Of a stretch of DNA of 64,000 bases, positions 28,153-37,655 are shown one piece after another. Source of the DNA: Arcobacteraceae bacterium (GTDB taxonomy: Bacteria; Campylobacterota; Campylobacteria; Campylobacterales; Arcobacteraceae); contig CBDCZH010000010.1 of assembly GCA_965224485.1 (NCBI GenBank), positions 32,001 through 96,000 of the forward strand. The letters are read 5' to 3'. A program made the translations under genes and the position numbers. Positions within the stretch are counted from its first letter, which is position 1, and the number at the start of each line of letters is the position of its first letter. The notes under the pieces are model-generated. The model did no database searches. It was not told where the DNA came from and saw only the letters and a program-made list of their open reading frames with translations.

Positions 28153-30605
28153 GGGTAAAATGTACTCATTGTAACTTAGAGTTTAACCAAAATGTAATGA
28201 TTAAAGAAGAAGACTCTGCAGGGAAAAGCTTATTTTTTTGTTGTGGGGGTTGTTCTGGTGTATATCACTTATTAAAAGATGAAAACCTAGACTCTTTTTA
28301 TGAAAAAAGAGGAAATAAAACTATTCAAGCCCCAATAGAAGTCTTAAATGATGACTTAGAAAAATTTGATCAAGATGTTTTTCATAAATCTTATGTAAAA
28401 GATGAAAATGGTTTTAAAAAAGTAAATTTAATTGTTGAAGGAATTCATTGTGCTGCTTGTATTTGGTTAAATGAAAAAGTACTTTATGATACAGACGGTA
28501 TTTTAGAAGTAAGTATAAATTTTTCAAATAATAAAGCAATAATAATATGGGATGATGAAAAAGTTAAATTATCCCAAATAATTAAAAAAATTAGATCAAT
28601 AGGTTATAACGCTTATGCTTATAATGCACAAATAGCAGATGTAAAAGCAATAAAAGCAAAAAGAGAATATTTTATTAGAATGATGGTAGCAGTTTTTGCA
28701 AGTATGAATATAATGATGCTTTCTGTTGCTAAATATACAGGGTTTTTTACAGGAATTTCTGAAAATGTAAGAGATTATATACATATAGGTGAGTTCTTAT
28801 TATGTACACCTGTACTATTTTATTCTGGTTATATTTTTTTTAAAGGTGCATATTTTGGTTTAAGAAATCGTATTTTAAATATGGATTTTTTAGTCTCTTC
28901 AGGGGCTACTTTAACCTATCTTTACTCTTTATATATATTATTTGGAGGAAAAGGCGAGAGTTATTTTGATTCAGTTACTATGATAATTACTTTTGTTTTA
29001 TTAGGTAAATATTTAGAAGTATTAGGAAAAAAATCTGCTGTTGATACTTTAGATAAAATTAAATCAAAACTTCCTTTAAATGCAACACTTATTAAAGATA
29101 ATAAAAAAAGCATTATTGCTATTGAAGATATACAAGTTGATGATATTTTAGAGTTAAAAGATGGAGAAAAAGTCTCTGTTGATGGAGTAATAATTAAAGG
29201 TGAAAGCTCTTTTGACGAAAGTTCAATTACAGGGGAGTCAAAACCTGTTTATAAAAAGACCTCAGACTTAATATATTCAGGAACCATGAATATGAATAAT
29301 TTGGTTCATTTTAGGGTTTTAAAAACATATGAAGACTCAAGTCTTAATACAATAGTAACACTTTTAGAAGACTCCTTAAACTCAAAACCTGATATTGAAC
29401 ATAAGGCAAATGAAATTTCTAAGAACTTTTCCTTAAGTATTTTAATTTTATCTTTTTTAACTTTTATTGTTTGGTATTTTTTTGGACTAGATTTAGGTTT
29501 TTCTTATGATAACTCAAGTCATTTTGAAAAGTCTTTCATTGTTGCTATTTCTGTTATAGTAATTGCTTGTCCTTGTGCTTTAGCCTTAGCTACTCCAATA
29601 GCTTCATTAATTGGAGTAGGAACTTTAGCAAAAAAAGGTTTGTTATTTAAAGAAGCTAAATATATTGAAGAATTAGCTAAAAGTACTAAAATAGTTTTAG
29701 ATAAAACAGGAACTCTAACTCAAGGCAAACTAAGCGTACTTAAGATGAATATGTATGATGACAAGATAGAAAACTTGGAACTTTTATATGCTCTTTTAGA
29801 TTCATCCTCTCATCCTATTTCCAAATCAGTTAAAAAATATTTGTTAAAAGAATATATTTCTTTAGAAAATAAAAATGTAAAAAATCTTACAGATGTGACA
29901 ACTGTCTCTTCTAAGGGTTTAAGAGCTAAGTATACAAACAATAATAAAGATTTTGATTTACTTGGTGGTAATATTGACTTAATGAAAGAAAATTCAATTT
30001 TTCATAACTTTGAAACAAAAAACTCTGTTTATTTATTTGCAATTAATAAAAAAATTATTGCAACATTTGAACTAGAAGATAAAATTAAAGATGATGCTAA
30101 AGATTTCGTAGAGAGCATGACTAAGATGAAAATAGATGTAATAATGTTAACAGGCGATAATGAACATGTTGCTTTAGATGTAGCTTCCTTGCTTGGAATA
30201 AAAACAGTGAAAGCTAATATGAGTGCACTTGATAAATCTAAGTATATTAAGAAACTAAGAGAAGAAGGTCATACTGTTGTTATGGCAGGAGATGGTATAA
30301 ATGATGCTATTGCTTTAAGTTGTGCTAATGTTGGTATTTCTATGGGTAATGGAAGTGATATAGCTATTTGGGCTTCTGATATTATTTTATTAAATAATTC
30401 TTTAAATAGTTTAAAAAACTCTTTTATAATTTCAAAACGAACATATAAGTTTATAAAACAAAATCTAGCTATTTCTTTAGTTTATAATATACTTACAATT
30501 CCACTAGCAATGGCTGGTTTAGTTATACCTTTAGTTGCTGCTTTATCAATGAGTTTAAGTTCATTATTAGTAGTTGCAAATTCATTAAGGATTAAAAATG
30601 ATTGA
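28146..30605 (+). CDS. ccoI: P1B-type heavy-metal ATPase of CcoI/FixI type
   Basis: N-terminal CTHC and FCCGGC, HMA CAAC, TGES, ACPCAL, DKTGT, HP, GDGIND; overlaps ccoS. Confidence 0.88.
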   Translation: MLRVKCTHCNLEFNQNVMIKEEDSAGKSLFFCCGGCSGVYHLLKDENLDSFYEKRGNKTIQAPIEVLNDDLEKFDQDVFHKSYVKDENGFKKVNLIVEGIHCAACIWLNEKVLYDTDGILEVSINFSNNKAIIIWDDEKVKLSQIIKKIRSIGYNAYAYNAQIADVKAIKAKREYFIRMMVAVFASMNIMMLSVAKYTGFFTGISENVRDYIHIGEFLLCTPVLFYSGYIFFKGAYFGLRNRILNMDFLVSSGATLTYLYSLYILFGGKGESYFDSVTMIITFVLLGKYLEVLGKKSAVDTLDKIKSKLPLNATLIKDNKKSIIAIEDIQVDDILELKDGEKVSVDGVIIKGESSFDESSITGESKPVYKKTSDLIYSGTMNMNNLVHFRVLKTYEDSSLNTIVTLLEDSLNSKPDIEHKANEISKNFSLSILILSFLTFIVWYFFGLDLGFSYDNSSHFEKSFIVAISVIVIACPCALALATPIASLIGVGTLAKKGLLFKEAKYIEELAKSTKIVLDKTGTLTQGKLSVLKMNMYDDKIENLELLYALLDSSSHPISKSVKKYLLKEYISLENKNVKNLTDVTTVSSKGLRAKYTNNNKDFDLLGGNIDLMKENSIFHNFETKNSVYLFAINKKIIATFELEDKIKDDAKDFVESMTKMKIDVIMLTGDNEHVALDVASLLGIKTVKANMSALDKSKYIKKLREEGHTVVMAGDGINDAIALSCANVGISMGNGSDIAIWASDIILLNNSLNSLKNSFIISKRTYKFIKQNLAISLVYNILTIPLAMAGLVIPLVAALSMSLSSLLVVANSLRIKND

Positions 30606-30828
30606 TGATACACTTTTTATGATGTTAATTGTTGGGTTAGTTGTTGCTTTTGCTATTTTAGCAGTATTTATTTGGGGCGCTAAAACAGGTCAATTTGATG
30701 ATAATGATAAAATGATGGATGGTTTATTATTTGATTCACAAGATGATTTAAATGATGCAATAAATAGAGAAAATAAAAAGAAAAGTTTAGAAGAAGCTAA
30801 AAAAAATAAAAATACTAAGTTAAAATAA
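30598..30828 (+). CDS. ccoS: cbb3-type cytochrome oxidase assembly protein
   Basis: TM followed by FIWGAKTGQFDD. Confidence 0.9.
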   Translation: MIDDTLFMMLIVGLVVAFAILAVFIWGAKTGQFDDNDKMMDGLLFDSQDDLNDAINRENKKKSLEEAKKNKNTKLK

Positions 30829-30861
30829 AAAAAGACAAGTTATAAAAACTTACCTTTTTTT
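30827..30861. terminator. Probable bidirectional terminator between ccoS and the cytochrome c gene
   Basis: A7-GACAAGTT-ATAAA-AACTTACC-T7 imperfect hairpin between convergent genes. Confidence 0.5.
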
Positions 30862-30884
30862 ATTTAAAAAATAATTATAGAAAA

Positions 30885-31166
30885 TTATTTAAATGCAGCA
30901 ATCTTTTTTGCTAAATCAGCAATATCAGCATCACTTAATCTTGCAACTTGACCTTTCATAACACCTTTCATAGCTCCACCGTAAGATCCATCTTTGTAAC
31001 CTTTTAAAGCAGCAACAATTTTTGCTTCATCCCAAGATGCGATAACAGCAGACTTACCTAATGCTTTCTTCTCTGCATTTACACCATGACAGCCAGCACA
31101 TGCGGCAAAATTAGCAGCTGTTAATAAACCTGCAGTAATAATTGTTCCCAAAATAATTTTCTTCAT
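30885..31166 (-). CDS. Cytochrome c553-type monoheme cytochrome
   Basis: Signal peptide, CAGCH, KALGKS, YGGAMKGVM. Confidence 0.93.
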   Translation of the reverse strand: MKKIILGTIITAGLLTAANFAACAGCHGVNAEKKALGKSAVIASWDEAKIVAALKGYKDGSYGGAMKGVMKGQVARLSDADIADLAKKIAAFK

Positions 31167-31352
31167 TCTAACTCCTTGATTTGATTACTTTAGTGTATCA
31201 AATTTTTCTTCTATAAAACTTATAAAAATTATTTATGGGTTTTTATAATAATTTTCTTTTATTAATTTCTTTAAATAGTTAAATTTTTAAAAAAATTTTG
31301 CAGATATAAAGCAAGGTTTTTATATAGTAAATTTATAATTTTAAGGGAATAT

Positions 31353-31934
31353 ATGAATAATGTTTTAGAAATAAAAAATCTAGATTTTGCATATAATAAA
31401 GATAAATTTATATATAAAAATTTTAACCTAAGTTTAGAAAAAGGTTTTATTAAATCTATTGTAGGTTCAAGTGGAAGTGGCAAAAGTACGCTATTTGAGT
31501 TAATTACAAATAATTTAAAAGCTTTAAAAGGTGAAATAAAAGCTAGTAAAACAGCTTGTATATATCAAGACCCTTATAGCTCTTTTCATCCAAGTTATAG
31601 TATAATTGAGCAAATATTTGATGTAATAGCTCAAAGTGAAAGAAAACAAATCAACTCTTTTTTAAAAGATTTATCCTTAGAGAAAGACTTATTAGAAAAG
31701 AAACCACATGAGCTTTCTGGAGGGCAACTGCAAAGGTGTTCAATATTAAGAGCTTTATTAATGAAAGCTGATTTATTATTAATTGATGAACCAACTTCAG
31801 CTTTGGATAATATTGTTGCTGTTGATGTTATGAATTTATTAATAAAATTTTTACCAAATTATGCAATATTATTAATTACTCATGATTTAGAACTTGCTTT
31901 GTGGTGTAGTGATGAGATAGTTTATTTGGATTAG
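31353..31934 (+). CDS. ABC transporter ATP-binding protein, no permease adjacent
   Basis: GSSGSGKST, YQDPYSSF, PHELSGGQLQR, IDEPTSALD, ITHD. Confidence 0.9.
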   Translation: MNNVLEIKNLDFAYNKDKFIYKNFNLSLEKGFIKSIVGSSGSGKSTLFELITNNLKALKGEIKASKTACIYQDPYSSFHPSYSIIEQIFDVIAQSERKQINSFLKDLSLEKDLLEKKPHELSGGQLQRCSILRALLMKADLLLIDEPTSALDNIVAVDVMNLLIKFLPNYAILLITHDLELALWCSDEIVYLD

Positions 31935-31949
31935 TTGTTTTGAGAGTTT

Positions 31950-31997
31950 TTAAGTTTGTAGGTTAGTAGGTTTTTAAGTTGGTAAGTTTGTAGGTTG
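31950..31997. repeat. 6 x degenerate octamer KTARGTTN
   Basis: TTAAGTTT GTAGGTTA GTAGGTTT TTAAGTTG GTAAGTTT GTAGGTTG. Confidence 0.85.
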
Positions 31998-32028
31998 TAT
32001 ATTTTAGGATAAAAAAATAAGGAGTTTT

Positions 32029-32946
32029 ATGAAAGCACTAATATTATTAAACATGGGTGGGGCGAGAAATAAACTTGAGCTCGAAATGTTTTTAAGAAAT
32101 ATGTTTAATGACAAAAATATTTTAACAATGAAAAGTGATTTATTGCGTTCAATGATTGCTTCTTTAATAATAATGTCTAGGAAAAATTCTGCTTGGGAAA
32201 ATTATGAATTAATAGGTGGTAGTTCGCCAATTAATCCAATAACAGAATCTTTAGTTGAAAAATTAAATGAAGAATTACCTGATATTTATGTAACACAAGT
32301 TATGAGATATACTCCTCCTTTTTCTCCTAAGGCAGTTGAATTGTTAAGAGAACATAAGGTTGATGAGGTAATTTTATTACCCCTTTATCCTCAATACTCA
32401 ACAACAACTACAAAATCATCTTTAGAAGATTTTTTAAGTATCGCAAAAGATGAATTTAAAATAAAAATCATAGAACCTTTTTATAAAAATGTTTTATATA
32501 ATGATTTAATAGTTTCTAATATAAAAGAGGCTTGTTCCGAGGTGCAAGAGTATAATTTAATTTTCTCTGCCCATGGTTTACCTCAAAAAATTGTAAATAA
32601 TGGTGATGTTTATGAAAAACAAATCAACGAGCATGTAAAAATTTTATCAAAACTGTTAGAAGAAAAAAATATTAATTTTAATTCAATTTCTTTAGCGTAT
32701 CAATCAAAAGTAGGGCCTATGAAATGGTTGCAGCCCTCACTTGATAAAACTCTAGAAAATTTTGAAAATAAAAATGTTATAATTTATCCAATATCTTTTA
32801 TAATTGATAATTCAGAAACAGTTTTTGAACTTGATATCGAATATAAAGAAATAGCTAATGATTTGGGTATTAGTGATTACAAAGTTGTTAAATGTGTAAA
32901 TGATAGTAAAGAATTTATAGAAGTTATAAAAAATTTAATATCTTAG
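32029..32946 (+). CDS. hemH: Ferrochelatase
   Basis: LLNMGG, IGGSSP, MRYTPP, PLYPQYS, FSAHGLP, YQSKVGP..WLQP, DNSET. Confidence 0.96.
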   Translation: MKALILLNMGGARNKLELEMFLRNMFNDKNILTMKSDLLRSMIASLIIMSRKNSAWENYELIGGSSPINPITESLVEKLNEELPDIYVTQVMRYTPPFSPKAVELLREHKVDEVILLPLYPQYSTTTTKSSLEDFLSIAKDEFKIKIIEPFYKNVLYNDLIVSNIKEACSEVQEYNLIFSAHGLPQKIVNNGDVYEKQINEHVKILSKLLEEKNINFNSISLAYQSKVGPMKWLQPSLDKTLENFENKNVIIYPISFIIDNSETVFELDIEYKEIANDLGISDYKVVKCVNDSKEFIEVIKNLIS

Positions 32947-32954
32947 GAGTTTTT

Positions 32955-33503
32955 ATGAAAAGTGAAATTCTGTTAAATCTTGCTACAAGTTCAATTTATG
33001 ATGAATTATTTAAAATGCAATCCCTAGATCTTGAAGCAATGAAAGATGAAAATAAGTATTTATCTGAACTAGGGGCTACTTTTGTAACTTTGTACTTAAA
33101 CAAATCTTTAAGAGGTTGTATGGGCTCTTTAATTGCAAATAGAACACTAATGAATGACATAATACATAATGCAAAAGCTGCTGCTTTTTATGATTTTAGG
33201 TTTCAGCCTGTATCAAAAGCTGATTTTAAAGACCTAGAAATTGAAGTTTCGCTCTTAAGTCCTGCTAAAGAAATAATTTACTCCTCAATAGAAGAGTTAA
33301 AAGAAAAAATAAAACCTCAAATACATGGGGTTATTTTAGAACAAGATCAAAATAAAGCAACATTTTTACCTCAAGTTTGGGATGAACTAGCTACTTTTGA
33401 AGATTTTTTTTCCCACTTAAGTAAAAAAGCTGGTTTAGCTCATGATTGTTTGAGATATTTTCCTAAAATTTCAGTTTATGAAGTTACAAAATTTAAGAAG
33501 TAA
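32955..33503 (+). CDS. amrA: AmmeMemoRadiSam system protein A (AMMECR1 domain)
   Basis: ATFVTL, LRGCMG, AAAFYDFRF, EVSLLS, ATFLPQVW. Confidence 0.92.
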   Translation: MKSEILLNLATSSIYDELFKMQSLDLEAMKDENKYLSELGATFVTLYLNKSLRGCMGSLIANRTLMNDIIHNAKAAAFYDFRFQPVSKADFKDLEIEVSLLSPAKEIIYSSIEELKEKIKPQIHGVILEQDQNKATFLPQVWDELATFEDFFSHLSKKAGLAHDCLRYFPKISVYEVTKFKK

Positions 33504-34483
33504 TGAATTTTTATAAAGGAAATAAAGAAACAAAAACATGTCTTTTGTGCTTGCATTATTGCTCATTAAAAGATAATGAAATTGGACTTTGTGGAGTTAA
33601 TCAACATATTGATGATAAAATAAAATGCTTAGTTTATGGATATTTATCTGCTTTAAAGATAGATGCAATTGAAAAAAAACCTTTATATCATTTTTTACCA
33701 GCATCAAAATCTTTATCTTTAGGAACAGTTGGCTGTAATTTTAAGTGTTCATTTTGCCAAAATTGGAGGATTTCTCAAGAAAAAAAAATATCTAAGAACA
33801 AATATACAAGCCCTAGTGATATTGTTAAGATAGCTTTACAAAATAACTGTGATTCTATTTCCTATACCTATAATGAACCTACTATTTTTTATCCTTTTGC
33901 TAAAGATATAGCTCTTGAAGCAAAAAAATATAATATAAAATCTGTTTATGTCTCAAATGGTTTTGAAAGTTTAGAGCAAAGAAGTGACATGATAGGTATT
34001 ATTGATGCTATTAATGTTGATTTAAAATGTTTTGATGCAAAGTATTATAAAAAACTTGGCGGTAACTTAGAGCAAACCTTAGATAATTTAAAGTTTTTTG
34101 CAAAAAATAAAATACATTTGGAAATAACAACATTAATTGTTCCTTCTAAAAATGACAAAGAAGAAGAATTAAAAAATATTGCTTTATTTATAAAAGAGCA
34201 TTTAGGAGAAGAAATACCTTGGCATCTTAGCGCTTTTCATCCTAATTATAAGGATTTAGATATTCCCAAAACCTCTTTGACTAGTCTACTTCTTGCACAA
34301 AAAATAGGTAAAGAAGTAGGATTAAAACATGTTTATATTGGAAATGCTGGTTTAAATAATTATACAAAATGTATAAAATGTGAAAAAGTATTACTTCATA
34401 GAGAATATTTTACAACAATAAAAAATAATCTAATAAATGGTTTTTGCTCTTGTGGGCAGAAATTACAAGGAGTTTATAAATGA
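33503..34483 (+). CDS. amrS: AmmeMemoRadiSam system radical SAM enzyme
   Basis: CLLCLHYC...C, IEKKPLYHFLP, GCNFKCSFCQN (CxxxCxxC), YTYNEP, PWHLSAFHP, YIGN, CxxC tail. Confidence 0.93.
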   Translation: MNFYKGNKETKTCLLCLHYCSLKDNEIGLCGVNQHIDDKIKCLVYGYLSALKIDAIEKKPLYHFLPASKSLSLGTVGCNFKCSFCQNWRISQEKKISKNKYTSPSDIVKIALQNNCDSISYTYNEPTIFYPFAKDIALEAKKYNIKSVYVSNGFESLEQRSDMIGIIDAINVDLKCFDAKYYKKLGGNLEQTLDNLKFFAKNKIHLEITTLIVPSKNDKEEELKNIALFIKEHLGEEIPWHLSAFHPNYKDLDIPKTSLTSLLLAQKIGKEVGLKHVYIGNAGLNNYTKCIKCEKVLLHREYFTTIKNNLINGFCSCGQKLQGVYK

Positions 34484-35292
34484 GTAGAAGAATGATGTGT
34501 TTTTCAGGAAGTTTTTATCCTAATGAAAAGGTAAATATTTTAAAATATTTTAACAGTTTTAATGCTACAGCTAATACTAGCAGTAAAGATATAAATAAAA
34601 AAGATGAAAACACTAATATAAAAGCACTTATTGTTCCTCATGCTGGTTATGTATACTCAGGTTATACTGCTAATTTAGCTTATAAAAAAGCTAGTTTACA
34701 AGAGTATAAAACTATTGTTGTTATAGGCCCTTCTCATAAAATCTCATTTAAAGGAGCTAGTATTTCTTTATATGAAAACTATGAAACTCCTTTAGGTGAT
34801 ATAAAAATTGATTTAACTTATGCAAAAAAGTTAAAAGAAGAGTTCGATTTTTTACTCTTTGATGATGAAGTACATAAAGAACACTCAACAGAAACCCAAG
34901 CTCCTTTTATAAAACACTATTTCTCTAAAAGTAATATCATTGAGATAGTTTATGGTTTAATAGATTTTAAAATTTTATCAGATTTATGTACTAAAATTCT
35001 AAAAGAAGATAATGTTTTATTAGTAATATCAACAGACTTAAGTCACTTCTATACCCAAGAAGAAGCATTCCTTTTAGATACTATTTGTCTAAATGCTATA
35101 AAAAATAGAAATATAAAAACCTTTGAGCAAGGAGGAGAAGCTTGTGGAATGGTTGGAATAAAAGCTTTAATAAACTCTAGTGTAAAACTAAACTTACAAA
35201 GTGAATTTTTACACTATTGTACAAGTGCAAACAGAAGTTTTGATAAAAGTTCTGTTGTATCTTATTGCTCTTTTTCCTTTCAAAGAATCTAA
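34480..35292 (+). CDS. amrB: AmmeMemoRadiSam system protein B (MEMO1 family)
   Basis: GSFYP, PHAGYVYSG, GPSH, EHSTE, STDLSHF, ACG. Confidence 0.93.
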   Translation: MSRRMMCFSGSFYPNEKVNILKYFNSFNATANTSSKDINKKDENTNIKALIVPHAGYVYSGYTANLAYKKASLQEYKTIVVIGPSHKISFKGASISLYENYETPLGDIKIDLTYAKKLKEEFDFLLFDDEVHKEHSTETQAPFIKHYFSKSNIIEIVYGLIDFKILSDLCTKILKEDNVLLVISTDLSHFYTQEEAFLLDTICLNAIKNRNIKTFEQGGEACGMVGIKALINSSVKLNLQSEFLHYCTSANRSFDKSSVVSYCSFSFQRI

Positions 35293-35333
35293 ACTTCCTT
35301 GATTTTGATATACTTCTTTTTTAAGGAGTGTGT

Positions 35334-36035
35334 ATGGATCTGTCTTTTATTACAAAAAAAATTATTTCAGCTTTTTTAATGCCTTTATCTTTTTCTTTGA
35401 TTTTGGCTTTTATAGGTTTATTGTTTTTGTATTTCAACTCTTATAAAAGAGCAAAAATATTTTTAAGTTTATCTTTTTTATTAATATTTTTAAGTTCTTA
35501 CTCTCCTATATCAAACTTTTTATTAAAACCATTAGAAACACAATATACAAAACTTCAAGATACAAAAGGTGTAAAATATATTCTTCTTTTAGGTGGTGAT
35601 TTTGAAAATAGAGCTTATGAGGTTTTACGTTTATATAATAAAATCCCAAATGCTAAGATTATAACTTCTGGTTATAAGGGTAATTTGGAAATAGCAGAAG
35701 CATTAAGAAATAAAAATGCTTTAATAAGTCTGGGTATTAATAAAAATGATATTTTAATGCAAAAAAAACCTAAAGACACCCAAGAAGAAGCTATAAATAT
35801 CAAAAATATTGTAAAAGATGAAAATTTTATTTTAGTAACATCTTCTTATCATATGCCAAGAGCAATGAAGTTTTTTAAACAAGAAGGTTTAAACCCCTTA
35901 GCTGCTCCCTCAAATGTTTTATATAAAAAAAGCAGAATTTACTCAAATCCTTCAGGAAAAAACCTTTTAAACACTCAAATAGCAGTTCATGAATACTTAG
36001 GTCTTCTTTGGCAAAAGATAAAAAAAAATCTTTAA
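35334..36035 (+). CDS. YdcF/ElyC (DUF218) envelope protein
   Basis: Two TMs, LLKPLE, LLGG, DTQEEA, LVTSSYHMPRA, HEYLGL; start at ATG after AAGGAG. Confidence 0.88.
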   Translation: MDLSFITKKIISAFLMPLSFSLILAFIGLLFLYFNSYKRAKIFLSLSFLLIFLSSYSPISNFLLKPLETQYTKLQDTKGVKYILLLGGDFENRAYEVLRLYNKIPNAKIITSGYKGNLEIAEALRNKNALISLGINKNDILMQKKPKDTQEEAINIKNIVKDENFILVTSSYHMPRAMKFFKQEGLNPLAAPSNVLYKKSRIYSNPSGKNLLNTQIAVHEYLGLLWQKIKKNL

Positions 36036-36058
36036 ATAAGAGTATTTTAAAATTAAAA

Positions 36059-36087
36059 TTGACAAAAAATATCTGTTTGAGTATAAT
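36059..36087 (+). promoter_or_regulatory. Consensus sigma70 promoter upstream of the metal ABC genes
   Basis: TTGACA (36059-36064), 17 nt, TATAAT (36082-36087). Confidence 0.75.
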
Positions 36088-36107
36088 TGCAAAAAAAGTA
36101 TAACTTA

Positions 36108-36851
36108 TTGAAAACTCTTATAGAAATAAAAAACCTATGTTTCTCTTATAATAAAACAAATGTTTTAGAAGATATAAACTTAGATATTTTGCAAAATGAT
36201 TTTTTAGCTATTATTGGACCTAATGGTGGAGGAAAATCTACTTTATTAAAACTTATATTAAATATTTTGACAAAAAAAAGTGGAAGTATTTCTTATAATT
36301 TAAAAAAATCTTATTTAGGATATGTTCCACAAAATACTAATTTAAATCTTGATTTCCCAATAACTGCTTTAGAAGTTGTTTTAATGGGACATAAATCACA
36401 TAAAAGAAGTTTTTTTGGTTATTCAAAAGAAGATATTGCTTGTGCCTTGTACTCTTTAAAAGAAGTTGATATGCAAGATTTTAAAGATACTAAGATTGGG
36501 TCTTTAAGTGGAGGGCAGCGACAAAGAGTATTTATTGCCCGTGCCCTATGTTCAAAACCTAAGCTGCTTTTATTAGATGAACCTACTGCTTCTATTGATG
36601 TAAAAGGTCAAAGAGAAGTTTATGATTTATTAAAAACTCTTTCTTTAAGCATGAGTATTGTTGTAGTTTCCCATGATATTTCAGTTTTGTTAAATTATGC
36701 AAAAAATGTTGCACATGTAAATAAAAATCTTGTTTTTCACTCTTTGAAACAAATTAAACAAGATATAGACTCAAATGAGGAACATTTATGTGAGGTTGAG
36801 CTTTTATCAGCTTTAGGAAAAACACAAGCTTGTTGTAATCATGAGCATTAG
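36108..36851 (+). CDS. Zn/Mn ABC transporter ATP-binding protein (ZnuC-like)
   Basis: GPNGGGKST, GYVPQ, LSGGQRQR, LDEPT, VSHD; His/Cys tail HLC...CCNHEH; start moved to TTG 36108 because TTG 36087 overlaps the -10 box. Confidence 0.88.
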   Translation: MKTLIEIKNLCFSYNKTNVLEDINLDILQNDFLAIIGPNGGGKSTLLKLILNILTKKSGSISYNLKKSYLGYVPQNTNLNLDFPITALEVVLMGHKSHKRSFFGYSKEDIACALYSLKEVDMQDFKDTKIGSLSGGQRQRVFIARALCSKPKLLLLDEPTASIDVKGQREVYDLLKTLSLSMSIVVVSHDISVLLNYAKNVAHVNKNLVFHSLKQIKQDIDSNEEHLCEVELLSALGKTQACCNHEH

Positions 36852-36860
36852 GTATACAAA

Positions 36861-37655
36861 ATGTTAGAATTTTTACAATATGATTTTATTCAAAATGCTA
36901 TTATTGCAGGTATTTTAATCTCAATAGCATCTGGTATTATAGGTTCTCTTGTAGTAGTAAACAGAATAACTTTTTTAGCAGGTGGAATTGCCCATAGTTC
37001 TTATGGTGGAATTGGACTTGCTATTTATTTTGGGCTGCCTATTTTATTTGGAGCAACTGTTTTTGCAATAATTACAGCTATTATAATTGCTATGATTACT
37101 TTAAATAATAGAAGTAGAATTGACTCAATTATAGGTATAATGTGGGCATTTGGAATGGCTTTGGGTATAATCTTTGTTGATTTAACGCCTGGCTACAATG
37201 TTGACTTGATGTCATATCTATTTGGTTCAATAATAGCTGTATCAAAAGCTGATATCTTATATATGTTAGGTATGGATATTTTTATTATTCTTACTGTATG
37301 GTTCTTTTACAAAGAAATACTAGCTGTTTCTTATGATACTTTATTTGCAAAACTAAGAGGAATAAATGTTAAGTTTTTTTATACTCTTATTTTAGTATTA
37401 GCTTCACTTTGTGTTGTTGCTGCTATAAAAGTTGTTGGACTTATTTTAGTAATTGCTTTAATTTCAATTCCAACATATATAGCAGAACTGTTTTGTAATA
37501 AATTATCAAGCATGATGGTTCTAAGTTCGATTTTAGCCACAGTTTTTGTTTTAAGTGGTTTAGTGATTTCATATTTATATGATATTAGTTCAGGAGCAAG
37601 TATTATTATTGTTTCAATTATATTTTTATTATTAGCAAAGTTAGGAAAAAGATGA
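36861..37655 (+). CDS. Zn/Mn ABC transporter permease (ZnuB-like)
   Basis: GIAHSSYGG, LMSYLFGSI, KVVGLILV. Confidence 0.92.
   Translation: MLEFLQYDFIQNAIIAGILISIASGIIGSLVVVNRITFLAGGIAHSSYGGIGLAIYFGLPILFGATVFAIITAIIIAMITLNNRSRIDSIIGIMWAFGMALGIIFVDLTPGYNVDLMSYLFGSIIAVSKADILYMLGMDIFIILTVWFFYKEILAVSYDTLFAKLRGINVKFFYTLILVLASLCVVAAIKVVGLILVIALISIPTYIAELFCNKLSSMMVLSSILATVFVLSGLVISYLYDISSGASIIIVSIIFLLLAKLGKR

Noticed and set aside
31271..31483. 70-aa minus-strand ORF
   Set aside because: Antisense to the ABC ATPase Walker A region
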